Assembly: GCF_001447785.1 (NCBI RefSeq)
Contig: NW_015165238.1
Span: forward strand, 1,567,129-1,631,128
Direction: 5' to 3'
Length of the DNA: 64,000 nt
From: Gekko japonicus
Taxonomy: Eukaryota
Shown: positions 50,667 to 64,000 of the stretch, piece after piece
Position numbering within the stretch: position 1 is the stretch's first letter
Layout of the letters: every line of letters starts with the position of its first letter
Notes under the pieces: generated by a model
The model's database searches: none
What the model was told of the DNA's origin: nothing
The model's input: the letters and a program-made list of their open reading frames with translations, nothing else
Position numbers and translations under genes: made by a program

Positions 50667-53600
50667 GGTGGGTCTCAAACAGCTGTAGCAGCTGTTCACT
50701 GATGTTACCAGCAGGCGTTTTACCGCCTGCGCCACCGCTCCCTGCTTTCAGAGACTTTGTGGCAGTGTTCAGGGTTTTTTTGGTGGACACTGTAGTGACC
50801 CCATTGGTTTTCTCTCACACAATCTTTTGACAGCAGTGGTACTAAGGTACCCATGCTACATGCACATTATAGCAGCACTCAGGAAAGGGCTCATTGTTTC
50901 CTTTGCAGCATTTTAAGGATTCTGCCACAATAAACTCCATTTTCTCTGTGGCTATCTATATATGAGCCAACAGGTTTTCTGCAGTGGATGCTACTATCAA
51001 AGGGAAGTGAAGGATATAATTCAGAAGTTCTGGCTGGCAACACTCTGCCTAACAGAGTCCTCCATAAACTCTGATTATTATTATTTTGCTAGAATTATGC
51101 TCTTCAAAGCTATGATGTATACCTGGCTCAGGAATTAAAAAGTCGGTCTTGAGGCCTAAGCACTCCTTACCAGTGCCCCTTTCACTGGTTCTAGGGTCTT
51201 CAGACAGCCTCTAGATGGTGGAGACTAAGAATGAGGAAAAGGGCCACCGTGAACGAGTAGGAATGTAGGGCAAAGTGACTTTGGTCCTTTTGTTCCTCCC
51301 AAATAATTTCACAGGTCTAGAGAGCTCATGAGTTCCAAATCTTAGTGGCAATCCACCTGGCAAGAACAGTTCCTCCTTCAGAGTTCCTGCCTGGATCCAG
51401 TCTTTCATTTTGGATTCTGGAACAATTTCCTGGTTTCTGCATATTTGAGGTTCCTTCATTGTAATGGTCTGCACAGAGTGAATTTTGTTCATAAAAAGTT
51501 GTGCCACAGTAAATGTGTAATCTTTTTAAAGATGCTACAGGTTTTTCTGTTTCTGTTTTAGCAGGCTATCATGGCTGCTAAAATTTTGTTTCTGATTTCT
51601 AAGATCAGTGATTGTTACTACAATATTACTTGTTGAACAGTTGCTGCTCAAATCATATTTTACTAGATGAGGCTAGACTGTGACTCGGTTCAGACATTAT
51701 ATTCAGTTATTACCAGATCATGGTTTGGTAAATGGGAATGCCCATTCTATTTCTTGTGCACCACCCCTTTCATTATAATAATTAATGATGGCATCTGAAC
51801 CAGCATGACTAATTTTAATCCTGATTTCAGTCTCTCAAAGAGGCAGAAGAAGTGATTTCACTCCCTCCCCTCTGCCACCTTCCAACCCATGTGTGTCTTG
51901 CAGCCCTGCCTGAAATAAACTTCCTGGGGCTGGAAATGGCTGCCAGTGGAGGGGAGGCAGCCAGGAAGACCTGCAGCTGTGAGCACTTTTCACTGACTGA
52001 TCAGGGCATCCAGCCCTATGGCTAGCAACAACTGCGGTTGTACAAGATTAGATGACACTGTAAACGATAGTTATTGTTAACCAGAATAGGGTTAACCAGA
52101 ATACGTGTTGGTGGTGGTTGTGGTGGAGAGATGAGCACATGATTGTTTGGAATGTGTATATGCCCAAAGCATGCTTTGGTGGCAGTTGCCTAAAACAACT
52201 ACCCTGAAATAGAATTGCTATAAATTGATCTTAGGAGAAGAAAAACTAAACTCTATAAATGAAGGATAATTTTCCACAGACGTTATATATCTGTCACCAC
52301 TCTCATACTATACATCTTCAGAAGATACTTTACAATATGTCTCCATTCTTGTTTTTAGCTTTATGTCTTTTAAGGTTCATTTAATATGTGCAGAGTATAG
52401 AAAAAAAGTACAAAATAATTATATTTTTGACACAAGTTAGTGTTGTTGCAAATATTGGACAGTCTCACATTGATTGTATTTACCTGTGTAAAGATTTTAT
52501 CCATCTTAAAATGGTCACTTCAAATCCTGGAATACGCTTTCCCCTCCAGCTCTCTCTCTCTTTCTCTTCACTCCTTAAATTTCTTCCTATATCTCTTGTA
52601 GTAGCCTGGTATTTTTTACCTTCTCTATTGCAGTGAATATCATGAATACTGAACATCTGATTTTCCACCCACCCACCCTAGCATTACTCTCTCTGTGCTC
52701 TCTCCATATCAATTGACAATATCCCCATTCATCTTCTAGAGCAGGAGCAAAGCCTGGTCTCCTTTTTGCTCTCTGTATTCTGTCTGATGCCAGAGGATGT
52801 TGCTTCTCTGTTTACAAAAACCCAGCTGTTTCTTTTTGTTCCCTTAGCAAAATCTTTGGTTCCCACCCTAATAATCTCTTACCTACTGCAACCTTTTCTT
52901 CTTGGCACACTTTGACCCCCCCATCTCTATCTAAAACTCTGTTTTCAGTATCAGTCACATTTTTGGTTCTGAGTATGTGATACCCATCCTTAAATCTCTA
53001 AATTGGCTTCCTGTCCTATTGTAGATGCTACATAAATGTCTTGTGCTTACTTACAAAGCCTCCAGGGTCTCCCCACCCCCCCATTTCCCAGCCCTGTGAC
53101 ATCTTTGTTTATATTTGCTCCTTCAGCTTCACCACCCTTGGTTATCTGAAGGCCTCCTGATTCCACAAGCAACTTTACCCTTTCTTTCTTGCTGCCGCTT
53201 GTGCCCAGTTTGGCCCCACATGCACCTCATTTTGCTATGGGGAAGTAGAATTTAACCAGATGTCCTAGGTCCCTAGTTGGCAGACCCTAGTGAGAACTTC
53301 ACCTCTCCAGGTTTATTCTGCTACTACTCCAGACTGAAATAGGATTTATTTTTGGGACACTACTACAGTCTGTATTAGAGATATGTCTGTCCAGTATTTG
53401 GGATGCTAGACTATTTCAGTCTTTTTTTTTCAAGTTAAGAACTGGCCACCTAGTCTAGATCACTACTGTTGTAGGAAAAACCTCAAGAATCTTACTTATT
53501 AGAGTAATTAAGATCCTGGTAGGTGTCTTTGTAGCTGGTAAGCATGGGCCATGTTAGGCTTTTGGGTGCAGATAAGTCACAATAGCACCAACTTCAGAAA

Positions 53601-53755
53601 AGGAAAACATTTCATTTGATTATAGAAAGGAAAAGCATATGATTGAGCAAGACAATTGTCTAACTAACTAAGTGAAAATAAAAGGAGTAATAAATACAAT
53701 TATCTATTCCTATGTTGGTGAGTTAAAAGATTGTCAGAATAATCTTAAAGTTACC

Positions 53756-54285
53756 TAAGAACATAAGAACATAAGAGATGCCAATGTTGGATCGGGCCAA
53801 AGGCCCATCCAGTCCAACACTCTGTATCACACAGTGGCCAGAAATACCAGTGCCATCAGGAGGTCCACCAGTGGGGCCAAGACATTAGAAGCCCTCCCCC
53901 TGTTGACCCCCCCCCCAAGCACCAAGATGACAGGAAGTGGTGGGTGCTACAAGCCGTCCATGCTTGTAGCCGCCACCACTTCCTGTGGCAGTGAATTCCA
54001 AGTGTTAATCTCTCTTTGGGTGAAGAAGTACTTCCTTTTATTCGTTCTAACCCGACCGCTCAGCAATTTCATGGAGTGCCCACGAGTTCTTGTATTGTGA
54101 GAAAGGGAGAAAAGTACCTCTTTCTCTACCTGCTCTTTCCCATACATAATCTTATAAACCTCAGTCATGTCACCCCTCAGTCGTTGTTTCTCCAAGCTAA
54201 AGAGCCCCAAGCGCGTTAACCTTCCCTCATAGGGAAAGTGTTCCAACCCTTTTATCATTCGAGTTGCCCTTTTCTGCACTTTTTC
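53756..54285 (-). mobile_element. CR1 LINE 3' end
   Basis: ORF 53947-54279 QKRATRMIKGLEH...LGLFSLEK.RLRGDM...TRGHSMKL with a (TTCTTATG)n tail. Confidence 0.93.
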
Positions 54286-55000
54286 TGTCCTTTCTCTCTC
54301 AAACCTAATTTCTCTCTCAAACCATATTTAGGTCTCTCTGTTGCCCAGCCAATCCTAGGCATTTTCATTTAAGTCTCTCATGTTCCTAAAAATATTCCCT
54401 TCCAAAGGTATCTTCCCAGCCCCCCCCCCAAAAAAAAAGAAGTAGAAGAAGCAGCAAACCAACCTTCTCATCAAAGAACAAAGCAATCCATCCTAACAAA
54501 GGATGGAGCTGTTTCTTTAATCTCTACCAGACGCCTGCTATCCTTCAGCAGGCTCCTTGAACAGAACAAAATTACTGTTTAACAAAGTTACTTTGTTCTG
54601 TTGGCTATCTTATAGGAATTCGGATTTTGCAACCTTTCGTTTGCCTATAAAGTTGGTTTCAGGTTTACAGCCGTGCAAAATTGTAATCTTTTTTCAGATA
54701 CCCGTGGGTAAATTTTCACCACACCTTATACCTAGGACTTCCTCCCAGACCAGCAGTGTGATGGTTCTTCTCTCTCTCTCTCTCTTCAAATCCTTCCTCC
54801 TCAAGACCCACAAATTTTTGGAAGGCTTTTGGCAGACTCCCGTTATTGAAACTCTGCCTAAACATATGTGACTGGAATCAATGCATATTCTTTCCCTGTT
54901 TATTTGCTCCTTCTCCCGCCCCTCACTTTATTGTCTCCTTTTGTAGCAAATTTGAGGTTGTAAGCTTCTTGTTGTCTTGTATTTTGTGTAGTACTTACTG

Positions 55001-55230
55001 AAAGGTAAAGGTTTCCCTTGCTCGAAAGCTAGTCGAATCCGACTCTATGGGGCGGTGCTCATCTCTGTTTCCAAGCCAAAGAGCCAGCGCTGTCCGAAGA
55101 CGTTTCTGTGGTCATGTGGCTGGCATGACTAAATGTCAAGGCACACAGAACGCTGTTACCTTCCCACTGAGGCGGTACCTATTTATCTACCTGCAATTTC
55201 TTGCTTTCGAACTGCTAGGTTGGCAGGAGA
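55001..55230 (+). mobile_element. Sauria SINE (partial)
   Basis: aaaggtaaaggtttccc...gtggtcatgtggctggcatgactaaa...ggtacctatttatctac. Confidence 0.9.
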
Positions 55231-55667
55231 CTTACTGATAGCATTATGTAAATTAGTTCCAAGGCACTTGTTGCTAAAATTGACAATCCATCTATATTTT
55301 TCATTCAGTAAGGTCGTGAGCATTCCTTATTGTATGAGCAGTCATAACCAACTGTATAATGCTTGGCAAAACAATTAAATGTGATTTTTTTAATAATGTA
55401 GTTATTCTGGACAAGGACATAAACAGTTCCTCTCTCTTGCACTCTATTTCTTCTCTTTTTTTGAGAAGAGTAGAATATGTAAACATGAAATGTCAGCCAA
55501 ACATATGTAACATGGGAGGATTCATTCACTTTTAAAATGAACTAAATAATGTTCATAGTCCCGAAAAAAGTGTTTACCACTTTACATATTTGCCAGAGAA
55601 GGACTTGTAAATCGATAAAAGTCATCTAGCCTTAAAACCAGTTATCTTATTTCTATTTCTGACATTA

Positions 55668-55822
55668 GGAAAAGGTTTCCCTTGCTCAAAAGCTAGTCAT
55701 ATCTGACTCTAGGGGGCAGTGCTCGTCTCTGTTTCCAAGCCGAAGAGCCAGCTCTGTCTGAAGATGTTTCCGCGGTCTTGTGGCTGGCATGACTAAACGC
55801 CAAGGCGCATGGAACGCTGTTC
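55668..55822 (+). mobile_element. Sauria SINE 5' fragment
   Basis: Same consensus as 55001-55230. Confidence 0.85.
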
Positions 55823-56709
55823 TGACATTATAATACTGGATTTTGTGCTTTGTTTCTTTTTAACATTGTTGTGAAAGTATTCCTGTGATCACTATTTAAT
55901 TAGCTTCCTGGCACTCATCTAGGAATTTCTATCCTTTTCTAGGAATGCCTTACAAATGCAGTTTTCTTGGGAAGGGGGGGAGGCTGTTGACTAAAAACCA
56001 AAACATCTAGTTCTAAATATAAATCTTTTATATAATTCTCACTGCCTCAGATTTCATTCTATCCTTTTCAGTGTGTTGTTCTAATTATATTACAGTACAT
56101 CCAGTTCATAATCTGGTCCAGCTATTAAATTTAGTTGATAAGCATGTTGACTATATCACAAAAATATCACTTCCTGTACATATGAACTTGCATAAGCAAT
56201 ATATTATTGAATCAGTTATTAAAACCTTTTCTGCCTCTAATGTTTAAGTAGCTCATTGCTGCCCACCTACATGTCACATTGGGGCAGAAATGGCAGATCA
56301 GTATCAGGTTTAATATGGGGGTTGGGCACTTAGTTAAATTGTTCATAATTTAATAACTCCTATTAAAATGCAGCTGATTTCTGAAAGTTGCAACTTCTGG
56401 GCTTGATGTACCTTTCACATCAGTTATGGAAGACAATACAGCTGGTGGTCAAAGTAAAATGTGCTTTGGCGAACATGATGACAGACTATTTGCAGTCATT
56501 TTTAAGTTCCACGTGTTTAACTGTAGGAAGGAGAAGACTGGAATTGGCCATGACTCATCATAGCTAAAAACTGCATGGACGATGTATGTAAATGGTTAAC
56601 ATTTCTTATTTTGTTAGGCTGCATTATTGATTCTTGCAGAGCTCTGGTGCCTTTTTGTTTAAATAATTTGATGACTTTGACTGGTATTTCTGTTGAAATG
56701 GTGTAGCAC

Positions 56710-56907
56710 TAGGGTTGACAACCTCCAGGCGGTGGCTGGAGATCTCTTGCTCTCACAGCTGGTCTACAGGTGACAGATAATCAGTTCACCTGGAGAAAAT
56801 CACTTCGTTGAAGTTGGACTCTATGACATTATGCCTCAAACCCCGCTCTCCTCAGGCTCCACTCCCCAAATCTCCAGGTATTTTCCAACCTGGAGCTGGC
56901 AACCCTA
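56710..56907. mobile_element. hAT-type MITE (TAGGGTTGCCA family)
   Basis: tagggttgacaacctccagg...cctggagctggcaacccta termini. Confidence 0.8.
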
Positions 56908-57714
56908 AATAATACTGTTTCTGCTCAGTGAGAAGAACTAAATTTTCTTTTTCAGCTTGTATAAAGGATCTGTTTGGAATGTTATTTTGAGCTAACATCA
57001 TTTATTTTATGAAGGAAGAATTAATTTAAAAATCCATTAATGTTAAAGGCAATCCAATTTATTGAAAATATTTCTAGACTGCCTCTCCTGGCAAAGCAGG
57101 TCTGTATAGAAGATCTCTTCTAAGATTTGGTGATGGCCAGCTTGCTTTTGTGATGTGTAGCCTGATTTGAAATGAATAGCCTGTTACTATGAACTATATC
57201 ATCCTCTGGTATATATAATTCTATTTTGGTCATGGACTCACCTGAACATTCCAACACACTCCAAAATCAGTTCGCTCTCTGATCTGTCATTCAGAGGTTC
57301 TCCCTATCCACTGGCTGTTTGCCTGAGTCCTGCCTCCAATATTCTAAACAGTTTGCTGTTCCTCTCCCCCCCACAGCCAGTCAGAACACAGAGGTCATTT
57401 GCATATCTGGCCTGATTTGCCTTTGCCTCGGAACACAGAGGTAGTTTGCATATGCGGCCTCACTGGCCTTTCCCTCTAACATTCTAAACAGTTTGCTGTT
57501 GATGTTCTGAGGTAAAATACATTTCCCCTTAGTGTCTGTTGGGGGAAACCATGGTTGCAAATCTCCAGGTGAGGGCTAAAGATCACTCAGAATTACAACT
57601 GCTTTCCAAATGGCAGAGATCAGTTCCCCTAGAGAAAATGGTGGACTCTGTGTCTTTATATCCTGCTGCGATGCCCCCTGTATGACAGCCAATGTGACGT
57701 AGCAGTCAGGGCTT

Positions 57715-58307
57715 CAGCTATTAAAACTGATGTCCAGATGACCCAGATCAGTTCTCTTGGAGACAATGGCTGCTTTGGGCAGTGGATTCTATGGCATTAT
57801 ACCCTGCTGAGGTCCCTCCCCACTTCAAACCCTGCCCTCCCCAGGCTCTACCCCTCAAATCTACAGGTTTTCCCAAACCCAGAGTTGGCAACCGTGTAAT
57901 TGGCTATGGAACCACTTTCCAGACCCTTGGAACCCAGAAAACGTGGCACAGGAGGAGGTGCTTTTCTACCTTAGCTGTGACTGCATAGCCCCAAATTAAC
58001 ATAAGCCAACCTCCAGGCGGCACCTGGAGATCTCCAGCTATTAAAACTGATGTCCAGAGGACCAAGATCAGTTCTCCTGGAGACAATGGCTGCTTTGGGC
58101 AGTGGATTCTATGGCATTATACCCTACTGAGGTCCCTCCCCACCCCAAATCCTGCGCTCCCCAGGCTCTACCCCTCAAATCTACAGGTATTTCCCAGCCC
58201 AGAGTTGGCAACCGTGTAATCAGCTATGAAACTACTTTCCAGACCCTTGCATCCCAGAAAACATGGCACAGGAGGAGGTGCTTTTCTACCTTAGCTGCCA
58301 CTGCATA
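57715..58307. repeat. Diverged 320-bp-period tandem duplication of a MITE plus flank
   Basis: 57715-57987 versus 58035-58307. The twin ORFs MDSMALYP... are offset by 320 bp. Confidence 0.9.
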
Positions 58308-59746
58308 ACACCCCCCTCCCCCTCAAAAAATAAGTCAGAGGTGGAGAGAACCATATCTGTTACCATGAGGCTGTCCTCCCATTCTACCCACTTGGGGCAG
58401 CAAAATGACTTGAGACAGCCCTGCCTTATAGCTAAGCAGAAGGAAAAAAACTTGGCTTGCCTCCCTCCATTTTCAGCTTCCCTCTGCCGCCCCACCAGCC
58501 ACAGTCGGGACACTCATCTGGAGCTTCCTTCTAGATTTCGTTGTATTTCTTCCCACAATGGGCATTACTCCTAGTATATATATAAAACCAAGAGAGAAAC
58601 ATGGAGAAGATGCTGGAGAACTTGACCAGATAATTTGCCTAAAGTAGTTTATCTCATCTAATCAAGATTATTTTGGTTTTCTAGAGAGTTTTGTGCCATA
58701 GTACTCAAACTGTGAAGACAATTTGTTGAAATAACAGTTTGTTTAAAAATGCATATATGTGTTTGCTCTGTCTTAGTATCTTTAGTTGTAACTGTGCTGA
58801 AGTTTTGAGATAACCTGAGTGGTTGAAAACCAGTCTGAATGGTAGAATTTAAATTTCACCAAAGCTAAATCTTATAAACAGTGTTTACCCATCTCATCCA
58901 CATTTTAAATAAAAAAGGTTGAGTTATAGTTATTTTATTACTCTTCTGTCCCACTTCTCTTCCATTGTGGAACTCAAGATCGCACATACAGGATTTAAAT
59001 GTTCTATCTAGGCAGTGACGAGACCTGCGTAGTTTCTGTAAGGTTGCTTTATCAGATGCCTTTAGATCAGACCCTGAGAATTTAACTATATTGTTTTAGT
59101 GAAGATTTTCAGATATAATTAACATGGCAACTAACTACAAATTAGGTAACTAATGTAAATAACTTTGAAATTACAGGCTACTGAAGTTTTTATTCAGATT
59201 CCACAAATTTCCTTGCTAGCTCCCAGTGGCAGGCTCTTCTTTTCTCACAGGTGCTCCTCCCAAGAATTCTCTTTGAAGAGTAGATCTTGTGGGGGAGAGA
59301 GAGGAGGTGGTCTGTTCCTTTTCCATCTAGCTTTGTAGAGGGCAGAAGCAGTGTCATGAGTCTCTCTCACAGCTTTCCCCTTACCCTTCATCTCCAGCAG
59401 GCACTTAGAAAGATGGCAAAAGCTGTTTTCCAGGTGGTGAAGTAAGAGCCTATCTCTCCTCAAAGTGCTCTTTGCAAGCCAGACTAGTAAACCAAGCCAA
59501 GATCTGTGTATGTCTCATCCTATAATTACATACACACATGCTTCTGGAATAGATGTGTGACATTAGAAGTCAAGAATTCTTTTTGCTTTTAATAATATGC
59601 TCCTTTGAGTGGATGTTGCACCACAAAGAACATCGTGCATCATATATATTAATATGAAGTAATGTTTTAATTTCAACTTTAAATGGCACTCCCCCTCATT
59701 TTCCATAACCCTGATGTTCCATTTTATTTGCTTTCATTCTTTTTAG

Positions 59747-59842
59747 AAATATAAAGAAAAAGATAAGCATAAACAAAAACACAAGAAGCAACCTGATTCA
59801 TCACCATCCTTGGTTCCTTCGCTCACTGTAACTACAGAGAAA
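59747..59842 (+). CDS. MLLT10: MLLT10 coding exon (about exon 9)
   Basis: 96 bp, ttttag|...|gtaagt. Translates KYKEKDKHKQKHKKQPDSSPSLVPSLTVTTEK. Confidence 0.95.
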
Positions 59843-60639
59843 GTAAGTGAGTTTTTCTTTTGTTGAAATTACTTTTTTGTTCTTGGTATTTTTTATATAA
59901 TAAAGAGTTCTGCAGCTGTTGAACTATTATTACACAGAAAACCTTGTTCAGAGTGCTTCTGATCAAATAAATATGATTTTAGATACCTTTACCATAATAA
60001 ACTTTAATTTGAAAATGTGTACTGTTTCTCATAAAAAATGAAGTGAAATACTCAGAAGATACTAAATTATCCATGTTGCATTCAGCTGAAGGATGTTTTT
60101 TTGTATGTGACATACCTACATGTATCAGATTACTAAAAAGGATAATTGGTCAATAACTTGGATTCTGTTATTCTTCCTGAATACCTTAAGATCCCGGAAT
60201 AAATGTTCTTGGAATTTAATTATACATTCCATTCATTTATTTTGAATTGAAGAGACTGATGTGACTGTCATAGAAGTAACTAGTTGAGGCTGAATTGTTA
60301 AAACTGAACACATTTTCTTTCTGCAAAAAATGGAAAGCAGGAAGGTTATAAACTTGCTGCTAAGAGTGTTCCTGTATTTGAATGCAGTTTTGTAGACTGC
60401 CTTTCCAAAGTTTCAGTTCTGTTATAAGTTGATGGACATTTTACCCATTAGAACAAGCATCATATTGTTTAACTATTTTTTGTTGCAAAAATGTGCAAAA
60501 CCATTCCATTATATTTATGTATCTATGTCTTTGCAAATGTGAAACCCAATAATTAGACTTGTTCAGTTTTCTCTTAATTTAGAACTTGAATGTGTATGTT
60601 GTTTGTTTGGCTTTCATGATATGGGGTTCTGTGATATGA

Positions 60640-60850
60640 TGTGGATCTGTGGCTCAATGGTAGAGTACTTGCTTTGGCCCATTGAGCCACAGGTCCCAGC
60701 TTCAGTCCCTGGCATCTCCAGTTGAAAGGGTCAGGCAGCTAGAGATGGCAAAGACCTGTACCTCAGACCCCAGAGAGCCACTGCCAGTCACAGGGGACAG
60801 TGCTGACCTTGATAAACCAATGGTCTGATTCAGCAGAAGGCTGTTTCATA
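60640..60850 (+). mobile_element. tRNA-derived SINE (Squam2-like)
   Basis: ctgtggctcaatggtagagtacttgctt... head. Body is homologous to 37846-38052. Confidence 0.75.
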
Positions 60851-61289
60851 TTTTCCAAATGTGTTACTACGCCATGGTCTTTGAGCATCACAGTGGGCTA
60901 CTTGAACCCAGAAAAATTGGACTGGCTCCTCAAATCAGGGTAGGCTGTCTTGCTGCTCTTCATATCTTTTTTCATCTCATAGGTCCAATTCAGTGACGTG
61001 ATATCCAAAACATCTGGAAATTCTAGGTGGAGTTTAGACTCCACTACATGAAGTTGCCTTAAACCGGCCATTAATTTATCAAGGTAGTATTGTTTAGTGT
61101 GAATGTCAGTGGCTCTTCATGGTCCTGGGTAGAGTTCTTTCACATCACCTACTATGTGATGCTTCTAACAGGAGATACCAGTGACTGAATCTAAGGCCCC
61201 GTCCCCTCCCATGCCTGTTTTACCTCTTGTAAGGCAGCAAAGCCTAGTACCAGTTACCTTTCACATTGGAACAAAAAATCCCAACTTCA

Positions 61290-62780
61290 AGTATGTGGTA
61301 ATGGGATCTGAACTTGCTGAGACTGAGAGGGGAAGAGATCTTGGGTTATAGTGGCTAGCTGAATGAAAGTGTCAACCCAGCTTGCCATAACAGTGAAAAG
61401 GCAAGCTGCATGCTGGGAATTATTAGGAAAGGGACTGGAAATAAAACAGCCAAAATCATAATGCCCCTGTATAGATCTGTGTGTGGCCTGATTTGGAATA
61501 CCAGTCACCATATATCAAAAAGGACATTACAGAGTTGGAGAAAGTACACAGGAGGGCAGCCAAGATGATAAAGGGGTTGGATCACCTTTCCCACGAGGAA
61601 AGGCTGAAGATCTTAGGATTTTTCAGTTTAGAAATGAGATGACTGGGGGGACATGATAGAGGTTTATAAAATTGTGCACTGGGTGGAGAGGGTGACCGAG
61701 AACTTTTTCTCCCTCTCCTAAAATATTAGAAGTCAAGGGCATCCAACAAAGTTGATAGACAGTAGCTGCAGGACAGACAAAAGGACATATTGCTTGACAG
61801 CAAGTGATTAAAATGGGTCTATTGCTGGCAACTAGCCATGGTCACTAAAGGGAAGCACTGGCCAGAATTTACTGGTGTCCGCATTTGCAGCCCAGGCCTG
61901 GGGAGACCAGAAAGAAGGCAGTAGCTCCTGGATGCCACGTGGTATGGACAGGCTGGAGACTGGGTGCCTAGAAGCGATCCTAACAGCCATCCATCCATGT
62001 CACCTGGAGGTCAGTTCAGGAAGCAAGGAGGGTAATGGGTGAGCTTCTGATGCAGCGTTCTGCGTCACAGCCCTCTGTAGGCATTTAAACCACGCTGCTG
62101 GGTGCCTCTGCAGCGTGGTTTTTTCCTTAGCCCTCTCACCCTCAATTTAGTAGTTACAGGTTATCTGTTAACATACTTGTAATCTTGTCACAGCTGGGGC
62201 GGTTAGGGCATTGGGAAAGATCCTTTTGGTGGGGAGATGAGTCTGCATGCCCACATCCCCTGTTTGGGGACTTCCTTTTGTGGTCTTGGGGGTGAGCCAG
62301 GAAGTGGTATGCCCAGCTCGGGGGCTGTCTGTAGGCTCACCACCAGGTGGTTGTCAGGAACCACACAGTGGCTGCTGCCCATGTGGTCCCCACTTGATTG
62401 CCACTCCACAGTCCCCTGCCAGCAAGTGGGCTGGGGGGATGGTTTTCATCGGGTGGCAGGTGGGTCATCTGATGCTGGATCCATCCCTATGCTGCGCCAG
62501 TGCTCTTTTGTACGTAATCAATAAAGCTGTGGCCATTTCCTTCTACAAAGTGTTGTTGTTTGTTCTTTCTTCCACACACTCTCCTTACTTGGCCATGGGC
62601 CCTCAACCCTTCACATTTATCAGCAGTAAATCTCAGAATACCAGTGCCAGGAAGCAACATCAGGGAAAGGCCTTAGTCTCTATGTCCTGTTGGCTGTCTA
62701 TAGTAACTGACTGGCCACTATGTGAGACAGGATGATGCACTAAATTGAACACTGGTCTGATCTAGCAGGGCTGTTCTTGA
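61290..62780 (+). mobile_element. CR1 3' end interrupted by an approximately 750-bp insertion (about 61858-62610)
   Basis: CR1 ORF2 C-terminus at 61290-61820. The 3'UTR resumes at about 62611 (ttcacatt...ataccagtgccaggaagcaacatcagggaaggcc). Confidence 0.85.
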
Positions 62781-64000
62781 GGACAAAGAACTCAGACCTG
62801 GTGTCTGATAAGGAAGAGGGAGAGCTATCAGAATGCAAAAAGCAAATACCAAAGCCTTACTGTGAGAGTAACAGTAAAAAAACCTATCAAAACAAATGTT
62901 AAAAGTCAGCATTATTAAAAGTGGGTAAGAATTAGCAGTCTATGAAGTAGTGGGTAAAACATTTCTCCATGAAAGGGCAGAGCTAATGTACCAACTACAG
63001 TGATAAAAAGGAACCCTGGCCCACAAATGCTAATGGGTTACATTAGCTCACCTTTTCAGCTAACTGCATAGTAAGGGGGGGGGAATCATTATTACATAAT
63101 GCCACTTGACTAATTATATAAGTATACAAATCACAGATATTATTTCCTTTTCAAATGTTAATAGAGTAGACAGAATACTTTTTAAAAACTGAAAGAATTC
63201 TATAGGGATTTAAACAGACTAATTATATTTGTGGGATAATATGGTCTTTGTGTAAGCAACCTTGTGAAAGCTAATAAACTATTATATGCTTTAGGTGAGA
63301 TTTCATTTTCCTTTTACAGTACCCCCCCCCCCATTGGAAGAATTGATGGAAATCCTCAGACTTTTCATTCTGTATATGTGCAAAAAAAGCTTGTCTTAAG
63401 AAGTATTTTACTGATTCCAGAGGGGGGGGGGAATATTTCACAGTATTTTTTTCTCAGGGCATCCCAAAATTTCTGTTTTTCCATTGGAAAAACTAAAAAA
63501 AAGTCTCGGGGGGCAAAAGGGAAAAGGACCCTCCCAATTTCCCCACTTTTTCCTGGGCCTTCATACCTCTAGCTGAGGTGTGATTTTATTTTAATGTGAA
63601 CTGGGCAACTAGTATCCCGTTTCTTTGATTTGGTATTCATCTGCTACATCACAGCAAAAGTTTTAAAAATACACAAAGAGAATTGGGGTTAAGATGCCCT
63701 CCTCACCCAAATAGTAAATATTTTTAACAGTACCATCCTAGCTGAAAACATGCTGCCATGGATCTTATAAACATTCAACAATGGATCTTATAAAGTGAGG
63801 TTTAACATGATATTGATACGTTGTGCTTCTTTATGCAGACACAGCATATAAGTACAAATAGGCCTGCATAAGGTACTTACAGAGCTGTATTTATTCAGAG
63901 GAAGTCAGGACACCTGGCTATTAGGTGAAGGGAAAGCCTCTGCAAAACATTTCCTATCCCCATTTAGTCAGAGCATATGTGCCACTGAGCACTGGTTAGT

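Larger units (their letters stand above)
48790..51400 (+). mobile_element. Fragmented DIRS retrotransposon (5' end and gag) interrupted by younger insertions
   Basis: FPELL..VVKAEWKTPAQG (about 49895-49955) and YTWLRN.KV...LTSAPFTGSR...VETK (about 51115-51230) resemble DIRS ORF1. Confidence 0.55.

Noticed and set aside
9541-59842. Paralog MLLT6 (AF17) instead of MLLT10
   Set aside because: STMEPIVLQSVPHDRYNK, AQFAGLLCEEEGNGADNVQYCGYC and SLSDSSSHSQDKHHEKEKK match AF10 as I recall it rather than AF17.

Overview
Vertebrate (squamate, probably gecko) genomic DNA lying entirely inside the MLLT10 (AF10) gene on the + strand. The lineage call rests on Sauria SINEs, Squam-type SINEs and BovB. Five distinct coding exons are recognisable: the end of the PZP domain (Zn-knuckle and PHD2) and two Lys-rich exons, all with canonical AG/GT boundaries. 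The two exons encoding the whole PHD2 finger occur twice, inside a 4.5-kb tandem duplication that would keep the reading frame. The rest is intron filled with transposable elements: L2, CR1, L1, RTE/BovB, DIRS remnants, tRNA- and 5S-derived SINEs, hAT MITEs with 8-bp target-site duplications, and a Tc2-like MITE present in only one duplicate copy. Almost all ORF-track entries are TE-derived or spurious. I see no convincing novel biological system. The best leads are: (1) the in-frame PHD2 exon duplication, more likely a haplotype/assembly artefact than real; (2) a very young presence/absence MITE; (3) a SINE-bounded segment copied about 19 kb away; (4) a candidate recursive splice site. TE boundaries without a TSD are approximate.
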